Assembly (NCBI RefSeq): GCF_009914755.1
Contig: NC_060937.1
DNA length: 64,000 bases
Source: the human T2T-CHM13v2.0 reference genome, Homo sapiens
Direction: 5' to 3' (one strand)
The position numbers and the translations under genes are program-made. The notes beneath the pieces were generated by a model, which was given only the letters and a program-made list of their open reading frames with translations, was not told where the DNA came from and did no database searches. Below are positions 47,242 to 63,964 of this stretch, piece after piece; positions within the stretch are counted from its first letter, which is position 1; the number at the start of each line of letters is the position of its first letter.

Positions 47242-49319
47242 TCAGCAAGTCCTTTAAAACAGGATTTTCACTGGTCATCATTGAAACTTCTTTTTATATT
47301 TCCCCACTTTTAACACTTCTAATAATTAATACTTTTAATGGCCCTTTAAAAACTTAATCTCACCTTGTGCTGATGCTGATGTGTTCTGGAGTCACAAGCC
47401 CTGCCCTTGGCCTCTGGCCATTCTGTGGGTGCTTTGCATTACTTAACCTCTACCCCCAAAATGAGGTCCAGTGCTAACCTTGGATTTGGTACTGCATTCC
47501 CTCAGAGCAGAAAAGATTCTTGATTTCAATAAGTAACCAGAGTGTTCATTGGAGTGACCATCTACATACTGCCTCTGCAGAAGCTTGGCCCAGAGGTGGT
47601 GAATTATTTGAATTCATGTTTTATGTCCATTGCTGCAGGCAAATTTTGGAAAGTTTGTTTTATTTTGCTTTGAAGAATCTATAAACATTCCTTAACAATT
47701 AATGCAAATGATAGCTAAAATTCCAATAGAATTTCCTACTTCTGCAGTTCAGTATGCACACTAGTTTACCCAGGAAGGTATCACTATTAATAAAAAGTCT
47801 AACAGTGTTTATAATTTTGCCAATTTGCTAGTTGTATAGAGGGATATGGGTTCCCAAAGTAAAAGAGCTTCAATCCCAGCCCATCCCATTCTGCAAATCT
47901 GAGACAGAATTCTAGTGCCACTCTTAAAATGAAAGCTAGAGAACTGGTGGAAGAAGAAAGGAAGGAAGGGGAGGGAGAGAACACGAGGTGGGATTAATTA
48001 TCTATAGGAGTTCTCTGTAGAATATACACACTATATTGTAAATTATGAAAGTTCTAAGTACAATTCATGTGCAAGTCTTTTCTCAGAACACAATGAGATA
48101 ATAAAATGGGACATTCATAAGACAAGCTGTATCTTGGAAACTCTATACATGGTATAACAATATACCCTGAAAAGTTTTGGTAAGTGCTAAATTGCAAAAG
48201 AAGAATCAAAGAATGGGTATATTGTCTCTAGCATTAATCAGTGAAGAGAGAGTCATCATGTTTAAGAAATTAGAGAATTTTAGCACTGGAAAGGTGAACT
48301 AATTGCACAGGGGCACTTATCTTGATTCTTTTGTGTGCTAGGTGCTGTAGATGTATTTGCATAGGTCCACCTTGGGCTGAAAAGTGACCTTGGGCAGGAG
48401 GAGGTACTGAAGTCTTTATTCAGAGATGTCAAGTTTATAGCATTAAATCTGAAAAATGAGGTGAGAGCAGAAACAGAAACTCTGGAACTGAGAGGATGAG
48501 GCCAGGGGTCCAGAACCAAGTTTGTGAGAGTTGAGTGGACGCAGAATGCGCCTCATATGTGATACCTGGCTTAGATAAAGTCCAAAGAGATGGAGGCTCT
48601 CCACTTTTATTTCCTTTGACTGCATCATCAGAAACCAGTCTTGAATATTATACAACCATATTTGACCAGAAGGATTAAAAATGAAAATAAGTATCAAAAC
48701 ATTTTTAAATGTAACTACTTTGGTGGCAGTTCTACTAAAATAAAGTATGTTGTTCCTTTAACTTAATATTCACAAATCAGAATCATCAGAATAAATATTA
48801 ATATTTAATGGAAAGATAGGCAAGCATGGAAAAGTAAAAGTATTATGAGATTTACCATCAGATTGAGCTGGATTTGAATCATGGGTCTATCAGAAGTGAA
48901 CTTGGGTAAACTTCATAACCTTGATATCCTCATCTGAAAATAGAGATTATTTAATACCTATCTCTTAGGACTTTTTATGAAGATGAAATGAGACAATGTG
49001 AAGCATTCCCTTCTTCCCTAACATTGACATACCTACCTTATTAAGTGATTTTGGATATAACCACTGTCACTGACCCCCAAGGGATACCAGGTGTATGTAG
49101 AGTTTACCTTCCTTCTCTACCAAACAGACCACGGAGGTCACCTGTGTGGTTCCTCTGTGCTTCTTCAAGATGTCAGCTGGCTCTTCTTGTTTCTCTCAGT
49201 GTGACTGACTGTAGATTCTTATCGGCTCAAAAGAGAACCTATTACATAGACTCTGGAACATCTATGTTTCATTATGAATTCTCTCTTTACTAGCTTCCCA
49301 TATCTAAGCTGCATTCTAA

Positions 49320-49901
<582 letters not shown>

Positions 49902-50546
49902 TAAAGGTCCTCTCATTAAGGAGATGCCTCTTTCGTATGACCCAGCCAGAAACATTTGGTGAGTTTCTTTCATATTATAAAAATCACAAGTGTTTGAAAT
50001 AAATGAATTCAAGTTCTTCCCATATCTAAAACATTCTATGAGTCAAATTTTCACATTTAGAGATTCAGTCTGTATATTTATGTTTCTTAATCTGTGGCAT
50101 GAGGGATTTAATCAAAGTATAAAGAGTTTCCTGGCAATGAAAGTGATTGTACCCAACATGAGTTAATAAGAAAGAAGATGGAATTGTCTTCTCTGAAGAT
50201 CTTTATAGTTTTTTTCAAAGTATTTATGCACAGTCCTTCCTAAAGCCAGACACTGAAGATCAATCAAGTACTCTTCTCGTCAAAAGATTCTCTGATGCTA
50301 TAGAAACTCTAGATTGTGGTTTTATTCTGACACATTTTGGTAGTTTTGTTCTGTGACAATTATAGGAGAAAAAAATGAAAGGGTAAAGAAATGACAATTG
50401 GCTTTTAGCAGCTGTTTTAGTGAGACAATCTACATTTTAGATTCCAGAATGGAGTTACTAGTCCATCAGAGGAGAAACAAGATTTTGTTCTTATTGTAGC
50501 AAAAGATCTTGTGTTAATGTTAAAGATATTGTTCTTATTGTGGAGA

Positions 50547-50567
50547 AAGAGAGAGAGAGAGAGAGAG
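50547..50567. repeat. (GA)n microsatellite
   Basis: About 10 GA units. Confidence 0.85.
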
Positions 50568-52354
50568 TTATCTTTTACCCTGACTTCGGTGAAGGGGTCA
50601 TGAAGTAATCTGTTCTTGGACCAGAAGACTGTTGGATTTCAAGGAAATCATTAAAGTTTTGCTAACAACCATGCTTAATTATTTGAATGTGTATGTGTTT
50701 TGTTTGTCTAGTCTTGTCATTAATACAATTAACTAGAATCCTGTTTGATTCTTGAAATTGAAATGTCAATTGTGACTTTGTCTTACTTTTCTCTAAAACC
50801 ATTTTCACTCTCTTTTTAGAGATCATTTTTGCACATGCTTACCTATTACTATATAAAAATAAAATAACTGCTTTAAACATTTTAGTGAATATCCTATCGA
50901 GGCTCTCTTTTGAGCATCCTAACAAATATGAAAGAAATACGTGCTATGCATACACAGAACCACACTCCACAATTAAACCCTCACAGTGACATTCCTTAAG
51001 GAGGCAGTGTTAGCCTGGAAGAACCGTTTTATAAAATCCTTCTAAAGATTGCATCACTTTGAAAGCCAATGAAATTGATTTGTAAACTCTAGAACTAGAT
51101 TAAGATGAGGAGTATGAGGGAAAATGTTTCCAAATTCAACTTTTGCTTTGAATTTTCTTTTAAATTTATTTTCCAGAGTTTCTTTTTTCCCCAGCCATAA
51201 TAAAGCAGTCTTTATTCCATAAGAAAGCAGTATTATGATACTGCTTTATTTTAGACCATTGATTTACTTTTGTGAATTGAAGATAAATAATGCACATATC
51301 TTCATGTCAGAAAACTTAGGTTGACGCCATGGGTCTCCTTCTTACTGTCTTGCTTTGAGTAAATTATTTTGCCAACTTCTGTCCCAACTTTTTCATCTCT
51401 AAATTAGAGATAATGATTATGCTCATCCCCAAAGTTATTATGAGAATTAAATTAAAATGTTTGCATAAAAATTTTGAAAAATCTGAGGCATTGTACAAAT
51501 GCTAACATATTTTGGGGTATTGCTATAGTTGTTACTATTTTAAATATTAATATTTTCAAAGCTAAATAATAGTATCATAGTGGAACTACTTGGCATAGTT
51601 TACTGAGCACAGCAAACAGTCCACTTGCAAATTGGGTTGTTCTTCATCTCATGCCTATATCAATGTTTCCCCCATCTAGGACGCAGTGTAATTTAAAGCA
51701 TGTAACAAGATGTTCAGTACATTTTTTGGTCTCACCTGCCCCATGCCTCTTTCTTTCCTTCTTTCCAATTTCATTTTTTTTCAATCCTCTTGTATCTTTC
51801 TTTTCTTCTTTTTTTAAATCATTTAGGTTATCATTTTTCACAATAAGCAAATATCTTAAGAACTATGAAAAATGCCCATAGCACTTTCCATCTAAAAAAT
51901 ACATAAGCCTTTTATAAATACATTAGTGATCATCACAAAATATTGTCTACCTTGAATGTTTTCTCATCTTTTTATCATGCATGTCTGCCTGGTTTAAAAT
52001 CACAGGGCAGGAACTCTGTCTAATTCTATTTGTAAATCAGAGAGAGAGTGTTGTTGTTCAATAAATGCCAAGAAGCAACAACATCCATATGAGGTGAATA
52101 GGTGGAAATTATTATTTCTGTCTATAGCAAGGTGAAAATAAAATGAGTGCTTTACAATTTTCAAAGCATTCTCATATCGATTATCTCATTTGTACATCAC
52201 ACCGACAATGGGAGAAAGCCAGATGGAGCAGTTTTACTGTTATCCTCTTTCTGTCCTTGTATGATAGTGGAAAGTGAGACTAAGAGGTTAAGTGCCTTGT
52301 CCACGTCATCAGGGAAATCCCAGCCTACAGGATCTCTACCCTGCTCTTCTGGTT

Positions 52355-52980
52355 TTAAGTTGGTACAAATATTTGCGCATTCTTATGGAGTGCATGTGAT
52401 ATTTTGTTACATGTAATGATTAAGTCAGGGTATTCCAGGTATCCATTACCTTGAGTATTTGTCATTTCTATGTGTTGGGGACAGTTCAAGTCCCCTTTCT
52501 AGCTATTTTGAAATATAAAATACATTGTTGTTAACTATAGTCACCCCATTCTGCTAGTGAATATTAAAACTTAGCCCTTCTACCTAACTATATGTTCGTA
52601 CACATTAACCTGCCTCTTGTTATCCCTCTCCCACCCACTCAGCCTTCCCAGATTCTGCTATCTGTCATTCTATTCTCTACGTCCTTATAAGTAACTTTTT
52701 TAGTTCCCGCATATGAGTGAGAACATGAAGCATCTGTCTTTCCATGCCTGTTCTTATTTCACTTACCATAATGACCTCTAATTCCATCCATGTTGCTGTA
52801 TATGACAGGATTTCATTCTTACATTTTCTTTATCCATTTGTCTGCTGATGGACACTTAGGTTGATTCCATACCTTTGCTATTGTAAGTAGTACTGCAATA
52901 AACATGGGAGTGCAGATATCGAACTTTTTATCCTTTGAGTAAATACCCAAGAGTGGGATTGCTGAATCATATGGTAATTT
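52355..52980 (-). mobile_element. L1MA-type 3' fragment
   Basis: TGTTAACTATAGTCACCC; CATATGAGTGAGAACATG; GATGGACACTTAGGTTGATTCCAT. Confidence 0.85.
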
Positions 52981-54555
52981 CCCTGCCTTTCTCAACTAAT
53001 GCTGCGGGAACTTCATAGTGATATGGGTCTTGACAGGTCTTGAACATGACAAGAAGTATATCTATTTTGTTACCTTTGTGAGAGAGCACTTAACTCTGAC
53101 TCTGGCCCACAGCCAGTGCTTAGTAAATAGTTGTTTAATTAAAATAAATAAATAAATAAATAATATTATAGACATCAAGTCAGCAGAACTCATGAACTAA
53201 TTATTGAATCCATAGCAAGGCCTGACATCCTCACCATCTTGGCTGCTGCTCAACCCACAAAATCCATTACATATTGTTAGTTTTCTGTTTCATTTAGTGA
53301 AACTTGTAATGCCAATTGTCAATACTACTTTCCAGTCATATCATTCTCCCAACTGCTGCTACTTCTATTCAGTAGCTCAGGTACATAGGCACTTCTTTAA
53401 TAAACTTAATTATATCATGCAAAATGCAATCAATGGACGAGCACGAGCCTTAAAAAGTTTAAGCTTAACCTTTCATTTCATTAAGAAAATGTGTGATATG
53501 TTTATTTAAACCTTGTGAGTTGTCAAGCCCCAGAAGCCAGACACTGATATCAGGACGCATGTGACTTACAATTGAGAGTCTGCTATTCATGTCCTCTGTT
53601 TGTGTGAATGGCATATAAGAGTTCCAAGACATTTGTGTGTTATGTTGAGCTTTGAAGAATGTTGAGCACACAATCTGAATTTTATAATAAGAGAGTTGAA
53701 GAATCATAGAAAATAAAAGAAAGGTAAGAGAATGGCTGTGCATTTCTTAGTGGCTATTTTCTTTAAATGCGGCTGAAGACAGTCAGTAACATTAGCCATG
53801 CTAGATTTGGGCTGAAGGAAATGCTCAGATGTTAGTTGCTAGGAATGCCCTACAACTCTTGATTGTGCCAAATCAAATGACAATGCACATATATGATATA
53901 TACACTAGCTTAGAGACCATATCAGCCTCCTTAACATCCTTTCTATATATACTGTAAGTTAGCAGATGCATTTTGGTCTTTCGGTAGCATTTTAGCTAAG
54001 TAACTTTTCAAAATGGTTCATCAAGGAAGCTGGTGGTTGAACTTAGTATATCTTATTTCTCAGAATCATAATCAACTCAAGAGACCACCAATCCTTTTTC
54101 ACCCACACAGTCTTTCTTAAACACGCATATTGTTCTATTACAGCTAACTTCCTATCTTTAGTTCAGTTGTTCATTTTTCAGAAAAACTGACAAAACATCA
54201 ATTAAATTATTTCTGTTAGAAGAAAAGCTTAAAGTGAAGACCTTATGATAATATATTCTAATAACATTTTGAATAATTATAGAATATACAATCCTGGATT
54301 CATTAGTGCATTCAGTGTCAACATGTGGTCATCCAGTTTTATTATCCCTTTAATAAAGCCATCTAAGATTTGTAAGTACTTTGCCAACTTCTCATATTAA
54401 GTCAAAGGCCTGAGGGACATGCAGAGAAAGTTCACAGGAGAAAGTGAGTCCCAGCTCTTTATTACACGCATATTGACACTAGTTAAATTTAAAAATGAAA
54501 TTACCTAAATATCTGAGTAATATGTTTTACTTGTGTAAAGTACAATAGAATTTAA

Positions 54556-54829
<274 letters not shown>

Positions 54830-56573
54830 ACTTATTGGGTGTTATTCAAGTGTGTGTATGTGGTGGTAGTGGGGGGTCATTTTTATTAATAGGAGTGAGA
54901 AAATGAATGGCTTAGAAATAATACAATGTCTTGTCCTTTGGTGTTCTGTTAATTCTACCAGTATATTTCACCATACTTAATATTCTGTACCATGTTGTTT
55001 TTGTTAAATTTTAAATGTGCTAATAGATGCTCATTAAAGTAATTCTGTTGTTATTTCTCTTAAAATAATCTTTTAAAATAATTATCCACAACTACTTTTT
55101 TGTTGTTGCAAGTCTAGATTTTCATATGTGAAGTCGCTTAAGGACTCACCTATGCTCTACGTCAATTTTTAATCAAGTATCGAACATCTACATTTCAGGT
55201 GTTGTGATAAAATACACCAATCACTTCCTGTAGGGCATGGATTATTATTCTCATTTTTTATAGATGAGAAAACTCTGCTTCAAAAAGGTTAAATAAGTTC
55301 CTAAGGTAAGAAAACTAATAAATGCTAGAACCTGTCTAGGAATCCAAATCTGTCTTTCTCCAAGGCCTATGCTCTTTTCAGTATAGCATGTAGCCTCTCA
55401 AAATTTAAAACTATCAAGGTTTATACAAATATATGCACTTTCACACACATATACACCCAGGCAGAGTAGGATTCTTTTCTTTTGAAAAATAGCCTTGACA
55501 ACCAAAACATAATTGCATTGGAAAGACATGAGTTTTGATGGTGAACTTATGACATTTTGGTATATACCTGCCTTGGTTTTAACCTTTACAAAATCTCAAT
55601 TAGCACTGGGCCAACCTTGATGAATCATCCTTGCTCTTAGTAAAGTAAATATGATTTGTGAAAGAGACAGTTTCCCATTTTCTGCACCTCTAAAGAGTTG
55701 TGTCATCAGGTATGAAAGCTAACAATAGATTTAATAAGCTGTTTATTTTTATAATGAGAGAAACCCTTATTATTCACTAGGAATAGACTGAATTGAGGGA
55801 TACTATAATAGATGTCAGAAATAACAATTGAAATTCTGAATACATTAGAACCACAGCATGTTGCAGACCAATTAAAATTGACAACCAAGTGAAGCAAATA
55901 CACATGGATAAATATAGAAAATTCAAGTTGCTGTTAGGGTGGGTTTTTTTCCTCTTTTCTCTTTACCACTTGATATTTTTCTTTCTTCTTGATATTTCAG
56001 TTCATTTTGTTAATCTTTTCCTGCTTGGCTTCTGAATTTTAATTAAATTGAAAGCTGACAGATAATCAAACTTTAATGCATTGTAGAATACCTTAGAACT
56101 TTGATGTATTTAGTGCCCTGATGTTGGGAAACTATCACTAACTAGAAATACCAGCATTTGTAGACAACATGTAATTTTCATAATCTTAAACAAAGATGGG
56201 AAAAATAGATGCTGTGCTAAACATTTCAGCCATGTGTTCACCTTTCTGTATTAAATTTAGTATTGGCAGCTGAGTAGGAGATTATAGGGTACAGCTGCTT
56301 TAACCTTCAACAGTAAATGATGCTTGTTGGATGTCTCCATGTGCCTCTAAAACCCAGGAAGCTTAAAAATGTAGGCTTGATGCTAATGATGAGAAAACAC
56401 AGTAAATTAACATCACTTAGGTTGGAGGAGAGTTGGGATGAAATATATTGCTAATGAAGATTATGGAATTAATTTTTCTGAAGTTCTTGAAGAATGTTTT
56501 GTATAGGGCATGCAAAAAATTGATTAAGTTTGATAAAACAACATAAAAAATAAATACCTGGCAGGGTGGTACA

Positions 56574-56850
56574 GGGCATGGTGGTGCACGCTTGTAATCC
56601 CAGCACTTTGGGAGGCTGAGGTGGGTGGATTGCTTGAGCAGCCTGGGCAACATGGCAAAAACCCACCTCTACAAAAAAATACAAAAAAATTAGCTGAGTG
56701 TGGTGGCAGGCACCTGTAGTCCCAGCTACCTGGGAGGCTAAAGTGGGAGAATCCCCTGAGCTGGGAAGTCAAGATGTGATTGCACCACCGCACTCCAGCC
56801 CAGGTGACAGAGTGAAAGCCTGTCTCAAAACAAAACAAACAAAACCCAAA
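56574..56850 (+). mobile_element. AluJ
   Basis: Diverged dimer with internal deletions. Confidence 0.9.
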
Positions 56851-57582
56851 CCAGATACCATTTATTGAGTACCACCTAGTATCTATCATGCGTTGTACTG
56901 GATGCTATACATTATCTAATTTTATTTTTGTAATACCCTATGGAGTAGGCATTATTATCACAAGTATACACATTATAAAATTGATGCTCAGAAAAGTTAA
57001 TTACCATACCCAGGGTTACATGATTAGAGCTGAGACTGGAACGCCAAAGCCCATATCTGTGTCCCTTCTAATTTCAGTGACCTACCAACATCTATTATAT
57101 ATTAGTTCTCATGTCAAAAGATACAATAAAGTATTTGTTCATAAATGTATTATAATGTTTAAAAAATAATATTAGTGAACAGCTAGGTGTAATCCCAATA
57201 CAGTTTCATTTAAACACAAATGTATTTCTGGCCTGAAGTTGATTTTTAACTTCCATCTTTTTTGAGGAAATGGCATCTGCAATGTATATGGGGGTTAGTG
57301 GGGGAGGAGAAAAACAGCAGTTCCAGGAACACTGAAAGAAAAGGATCAAGTTAAATGCTTTCTACTCTCAGACAAGATTAATAACCCTTAAAATACTTTT
57401 CTTATTTAATAAATTGTGACAGAATCACTCAATGTGGGCTCAGAAAAGGACAAAATGACTGGGCTCCTTACAAGTAATGTTTTTTTAAAAATTGAAACAA
57501 GATTTATACTAATCTGAAAACAAATATATTTCGGGGTAAGGGGAATCATTCCTCACTGAATTAATTTGTAAAAAGTAGCAAA

Positions 57583-57600
57583 CACTGCCATCTGCTGGGC
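57583..57600 (-). promoter_or_regulatory. CTCF motif
   Basis: GCCCAGCAGATGGCAGTG matches the CTCF core CCASYAGRKGGCRS. Confidence 0.65.
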
Positions 57601-58384
57601 TTTAATTTTCTCTTTGTTATAGGTCTTGCGGATGATCATAGCTATTATGTATATTGAATACGTAAATAAGAAAGGACATCTGTTACTTGTTATGAAGATT
57701 TCAAGCTACCTAAAAATAATTGAGTGGCTATGTTTATTTCTTTATGAATACATTCTAAATCACTTTATTATTGGTGTTAACAGAAATATTCAGGAAAAAC
57801 AAAATAATTACCTTCAAATAAATGTTATCTCAATATTTTGCAAAACCTTTTGAAGAAGAAAGTTAAACTCCCCTGCAGAGACGCATCACCCAGTAAAACT
57901 TGAGAGAAACTGTCACAGGTTTGTGAAATGATGCACTTTCTCTGCTCAGCTGACAACTCTTCTTCCCAAGCTGTCTGATCCGTCCCAGAGGCTAACATAT
58001 TTCCCTCTTTACAAAAAAGAGGAGGAAAAGAGAACCACTTTTCCTAGCGAGGAGGCTGTGCCCTATGTAGTGTGTACAAATGATCATTCTATCCTTCCAG
58101 CATGGTGGAAAAGAGGGGGCTGAGTGTGCTGTACCCAATCCTCTCCAAAGGAGAACTCAGTGCCCTGGCTCATCTGACTCAGTCTTTGTCAATTCACTCA
58201 GGAAGATGGTTTGTGATTCACCCTCTGGTAACGCCTCAGTACAGTGTTTGTGTTCCTTGGATGATCTGCATCGGTTTCACCTGGGGAGTTTGTTGAAGCT
58301 GCATGTTCCTGGCCTGAACCCAAGAGATGCTGAATCATAAACCTCTGGTCTGGCACCCAGGAATCTGCATCAAACAGTCTATTC

Positions 58385-58602
58385 TTTTTTATTATTATTA
58401 CTTTAAGTTCTGGGATACATGTGCAGAATGTGCAGGTTTGTTACATAGGTATACATATGCCATGGTGGTTTGCTTCATCCATCAACCCATCATCTAGGTT
58501 TTAAGCCTTCCATGCATTAGATATTTGTCCTAATGCTCTCCCGCCCCCCACCCCCCACCGGTATGCGATGTTCCCCTCCCTGTGTCCATGTATTCTCATT
58601 CG
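58385..58602 (-). mobile_element. Short L1PA (PA8-like) 3' end inserted into a MER5-like element
   Basis: CTTTAAGTTCTGGGATACATGTGCAGAA..TCTAGGTTTTAAGCC..CATGCATTAG. Flanked by AACAGTCTATTCTT and AACAAGCTATTCTT. Confidence 0.85.
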
Positions 58603-58888
58603 AACAAGCTATTCTTATGCATTTTGGAGGCTGATAACCACTGACCAGAATCTTAGGATTCTTACTTTTGTAGCCTCCATGGGACCGAAGATCAAACTGC
58701 CGGTGGGAAGACTTACGATGCTTTATCCCAGGCCTTTCCAGCAAGGACTAGTTCTAGAGCCATGTAGCCCTGCACATCAGCGCCAGTTGTGGCACTTTGA
58801 AAAGTTCTGCTTCCTGGGTCCCATCTCAGTGATTGCGATTCACTGAGTACCTCCTCAGGCTGCACCAATGTACAGCCAGGCTTGGTAA

Positions 58889-59401
<513 letters not shown>

Positions 59402-59431
59402 ATTTATCCCATTTTTGATAAGGGTAGTTGA

Positions 59432-59900
<469 letters not shown>

Positions 59901-60614
59901 AAGTGCTCCTTCTTTAGATAGAATGTCATTGTGTTAGCCTGGTAAAGGCTGCCAGGTTGTCATGAGGGGGAGTGTGTGTGGTTTGACCAGAGCGTACTGT
60001 GAACAGTGTGGCAGTATGAATAGAGCCTTGCTTCTGGAGACCTTTGTGAAAATTGACTCATGTGAGGTATCACCTATTTTGGAGATGGTGGACACCACAA
60101 AGGCAGTGAGGTGTCAGCAAACCAGAGCTGTCTCTGACTTCCCTACCTGACAACAGTGACACCAAGTAAAGACATTCATCTCCAGGACCAAGAATACCCT
60201 TCTGTCACTTATCTCTAGCCAATCTGGCCATCAAACCCAGCTCACATCTAAGCCCCCTATGGAGCCCTCCTAGGCCAGTCCTGTTCATAGTGATCTCTTC
60301 TTTTCCAAAACCACAGCAGGGTTACTTTGATCCACCAAATGACAACTAGTTACAGACTGTTTTGAAATATTCCTGAAGTTATGCTAAAGAAGAAGGTGTA
60401 AAGAAGGATGGTTTGAAAGTCAAAATTCGGGATGACATGTAACATAAGTATTATTCACTTTACCATTATCCTTCCAACTCACTGGAAAGATGCTCATTGG
60501 AGGCAGGGACTATGTCTTGTCTTTTTTATATCTTGCATGGGGTCTCACACAGAGCAAGTGCTCGATAAATATTAGTTCATTTGATACAGCTTTTTCTCTT
60601 GCATCTCTCCTCAG

Positions 60615-60728
60615 GAACGAGGCATGAACAGCAATTTACTGGAGTGCTCAAAAGTGCTTTTAATGTAGGACTTGTTGAATATTCTCCAGATTGACAACTA
60701 CAAAGCCACCGAGTAGGAAATGTCTCAG
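60615..60728 (+). ncRNA. Candidate internal non-coding exon (114 nt)
   Basis: Acceptor TTTTTCTCTTGCATCTCTCCTCAG|G and donor CAG|GTAAGA. Stop codons in all three frames. Confidence 0.55.
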
Positions 60729-61539
60729 GTAAGAGACCCTCTGGAGTCTCAGATTCAGACCCTTCCCAGATGAAGTCCTTCTTTGTTTGGTGATCTTAGA
60801 TGCCTACCTCTTCTGCTTAGTTCTATCAAACTCTTATTGGTTCACTATGCTTTTTTCCTGTATATAGATCTTCCCCTTAGGCAATTGTGCTATTCTCTAA
60901 GAATAATGTTTGTCCTGTTCCCCAGTCTCCCACAGCCATAGACATATCCTCTTCTAACTTACTGATGGTTTCTCTGTTCCAGTTACATTAGAAATATAAC
61001 TTTGTAAAATGCTGCTATGCAAGCTTCTAAGCAAGTTTGATTTAATTGGTTTAGAGAGGGGGCCAAGAATTTGATGTTTTTAAAATTCTCTTGGGTAATT
61101 CTAACATGCAGTCAGAATTGAGAACACTCCATTTTCTGTTTTTTTTTTTTCTGTTTTATATTGTGCTCAGCTAAGAAGTTCCTATTTTTTCTTTCTCCTC
61201 AAATTTAGGCCAGAACCCTAGCTTACAGTTTAACTGTTAAAAATTAATATTTGCAAGTATAGACATTTACCTAAAAAGCCAACAGTGATATAGACTATGT
61301 AAAATAAAACCAAATAAAATTATATAAACATAATGTATAATAGAAGAGTGTTATACTCTGCTCTACTTCTGCTACCTTGTGGAGATAACTAGAATCCTCA
61401 GATGTTTTAAAGATTTTAAGGCTAGAGATTCCCCAAATGGGTTTAAGAACTGCTTAGTTAATATATGAATTATAAATTGGTATGAAACTGAAAGATCTGG
61501 TGAAACAAGATCTTGAGAATCTCTACCAATGTTCGCTCT

Positions 61540-61649
61540 CCCCAAGCATTTCTGCCAATTTCCCCAAGCATTTCTGCCAATTTCCCCAAGCATTTCTGCC
61601 AATTTCCCCAAGCATTTCTGCCAATTTCCCCAAGCATTTCTGCCAATTT
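61540..61649. repeat. Perfect minisatellite, 5 x 22 bp
   Basis: Five identical copies of CCCCAAGCATTTCTGCCAATTT. Confidence 0.97.
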
Positions 61650-62736
61650 CAAATGCTGGAGAAATCAAGGAGTCAAGAATGTGATTTTCTTCAAGGAAAG
61701 GATTGCCTTGAATAGAATTTAGAACACATGACTCCCACTCAAATGTGCTGCCCAAAAGAAGATGCTGCCAATGATTAAATCAAACTGGGTTTGCTGCCCA
61801 CTCTGTACCATTTCCAGGATTTTTGATGTTAATTACTATTGAGTACAATGGCATGGGATTTTTCTCAGCCCATCACTATGTTTTGTATAACACATAAAGT
61901 GTCTGGGGTGTATGTGAATGGCTAATAAATATATGTGTGTAATAGGTTTAGCTAAAATAAAATGATTCACATTAGGACAGAATGCCCTCCTCCATCCATT
62001 TGAAATTGTTTTATTTAATTGTATTCTACACTATTGAATCCCTAATATTTCTGTCAGCAATCAATGGAAATGATGATGGCATAAAATCTACACGCCTAAC
62101 ATCTAATTTATCAGGAAAAATTAGTGGGTTTAAATACATAATTAGTTTATAAAATGTGGTTTTGAACACATTTACAGAATGAGAGTTTTTATCTGCCAGT
62201 TCACTGAAAAGGCCTTTATGAGTGTTTAGGGAACTTTGAGGACAATTGTAAAAGAACTTGTAACCAATTGGAGGATGAGCCTTGGAAGAGGAGCATAAAC
62301 TGTTGGCCCAAAATTGTTATGAAACCGTTTCATCTTCCCAAAAACATATTCTGTTTGAGTTCTGAACAGCCATTTCTCTATTTCTGTTCCTCCTCCCTTG
62401 CTTTTTGTTTCTCACTGGAGAATGTTAACAGAGTTTGCTAGGTCTAGGTTTTGTTACTTTTGTAAAGATACATAGATGAGTAATTGAAAAATCAAAAAGA
62501 TTTGACAAATCAGAAAGCCAGAGTGAGAGACAGAATACACAAATGTGTGATTCTTGAGAGACCCCCAACCATGCTGCCTTCTCTTTAATTTGCAGACCTG
62601 TTATGTAGGTGTATTTTCTTTGTTCTCTTTTACCCTGTCAACTAAGCAGGTTAAAGTTGACCCAGCAGCATTTAATAGCTCTTTAGAGATGAAGCAGAAT
62701 ACAATGACACAGCAGAATCACTACTTTTAAGCATGA

Positions 62737-63119
<383 letters not shown>

Positions 63120-63404
63120 CAGAATAAAGGACTTTCTTTCCTATCTTCAAAATTAACGGAGAATATCAATAAAATAGAACATTGTCAAAACATGATGGTC
63201 CCCTGCTGCCACAGCAAGGACAAGGTAAAACTAGAAAGTAGATGGCAAGCAGAAGCCTGCTTTGTAACAGTGAGTGATTAGCAGTGACTCAAGGGTTTTG
63301 AGCAACTGATCAATTGACGAGAGAAGGAAGGCGACACTGCAAGGGGTGGGAGGGAAATAAATCTGTCTCTATTTTGCTCTACTAAAGAAAATTCTGTTTT
63401 TTAA

Positions 63405-63746
<342 letters not shown>

Positions 63747-63821
63747 TAGATAATCTTTATTGAATATCATAATTTATAAGGTTACAAGCTGGTTAGATAT
63801 CCTGCCATCATCCTCTTGTAG

Positions 63822-63964
63822 GATAATGGCAATTGACTTCTTCTCTGCAACTATTTCAAAGAAGTCCAGGGAAATGTATTGCAATGGACAAAACCTTATT
63901 GGCCTACATTAATAGATGCTTAGGGCCATGTGTTATACGATTCCAGGGGACAACATTCATGCAG
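63822..63964 (+). ncRNA. Candidate non-coding exon (143 nt)
   Basis: Acceptor CATCATCCTCTTGTAG|G and donor CAG|GTGACT. Stop codons in all three frames. Confidence 0.3.

Noticed and set aside
61372-61755. Repetitive ORFs and CRISPR-like look of the 22-bp array
   Set aside because: The units are directly adjacent with no spacers, and the peptides simply reflect the tandem repeat.
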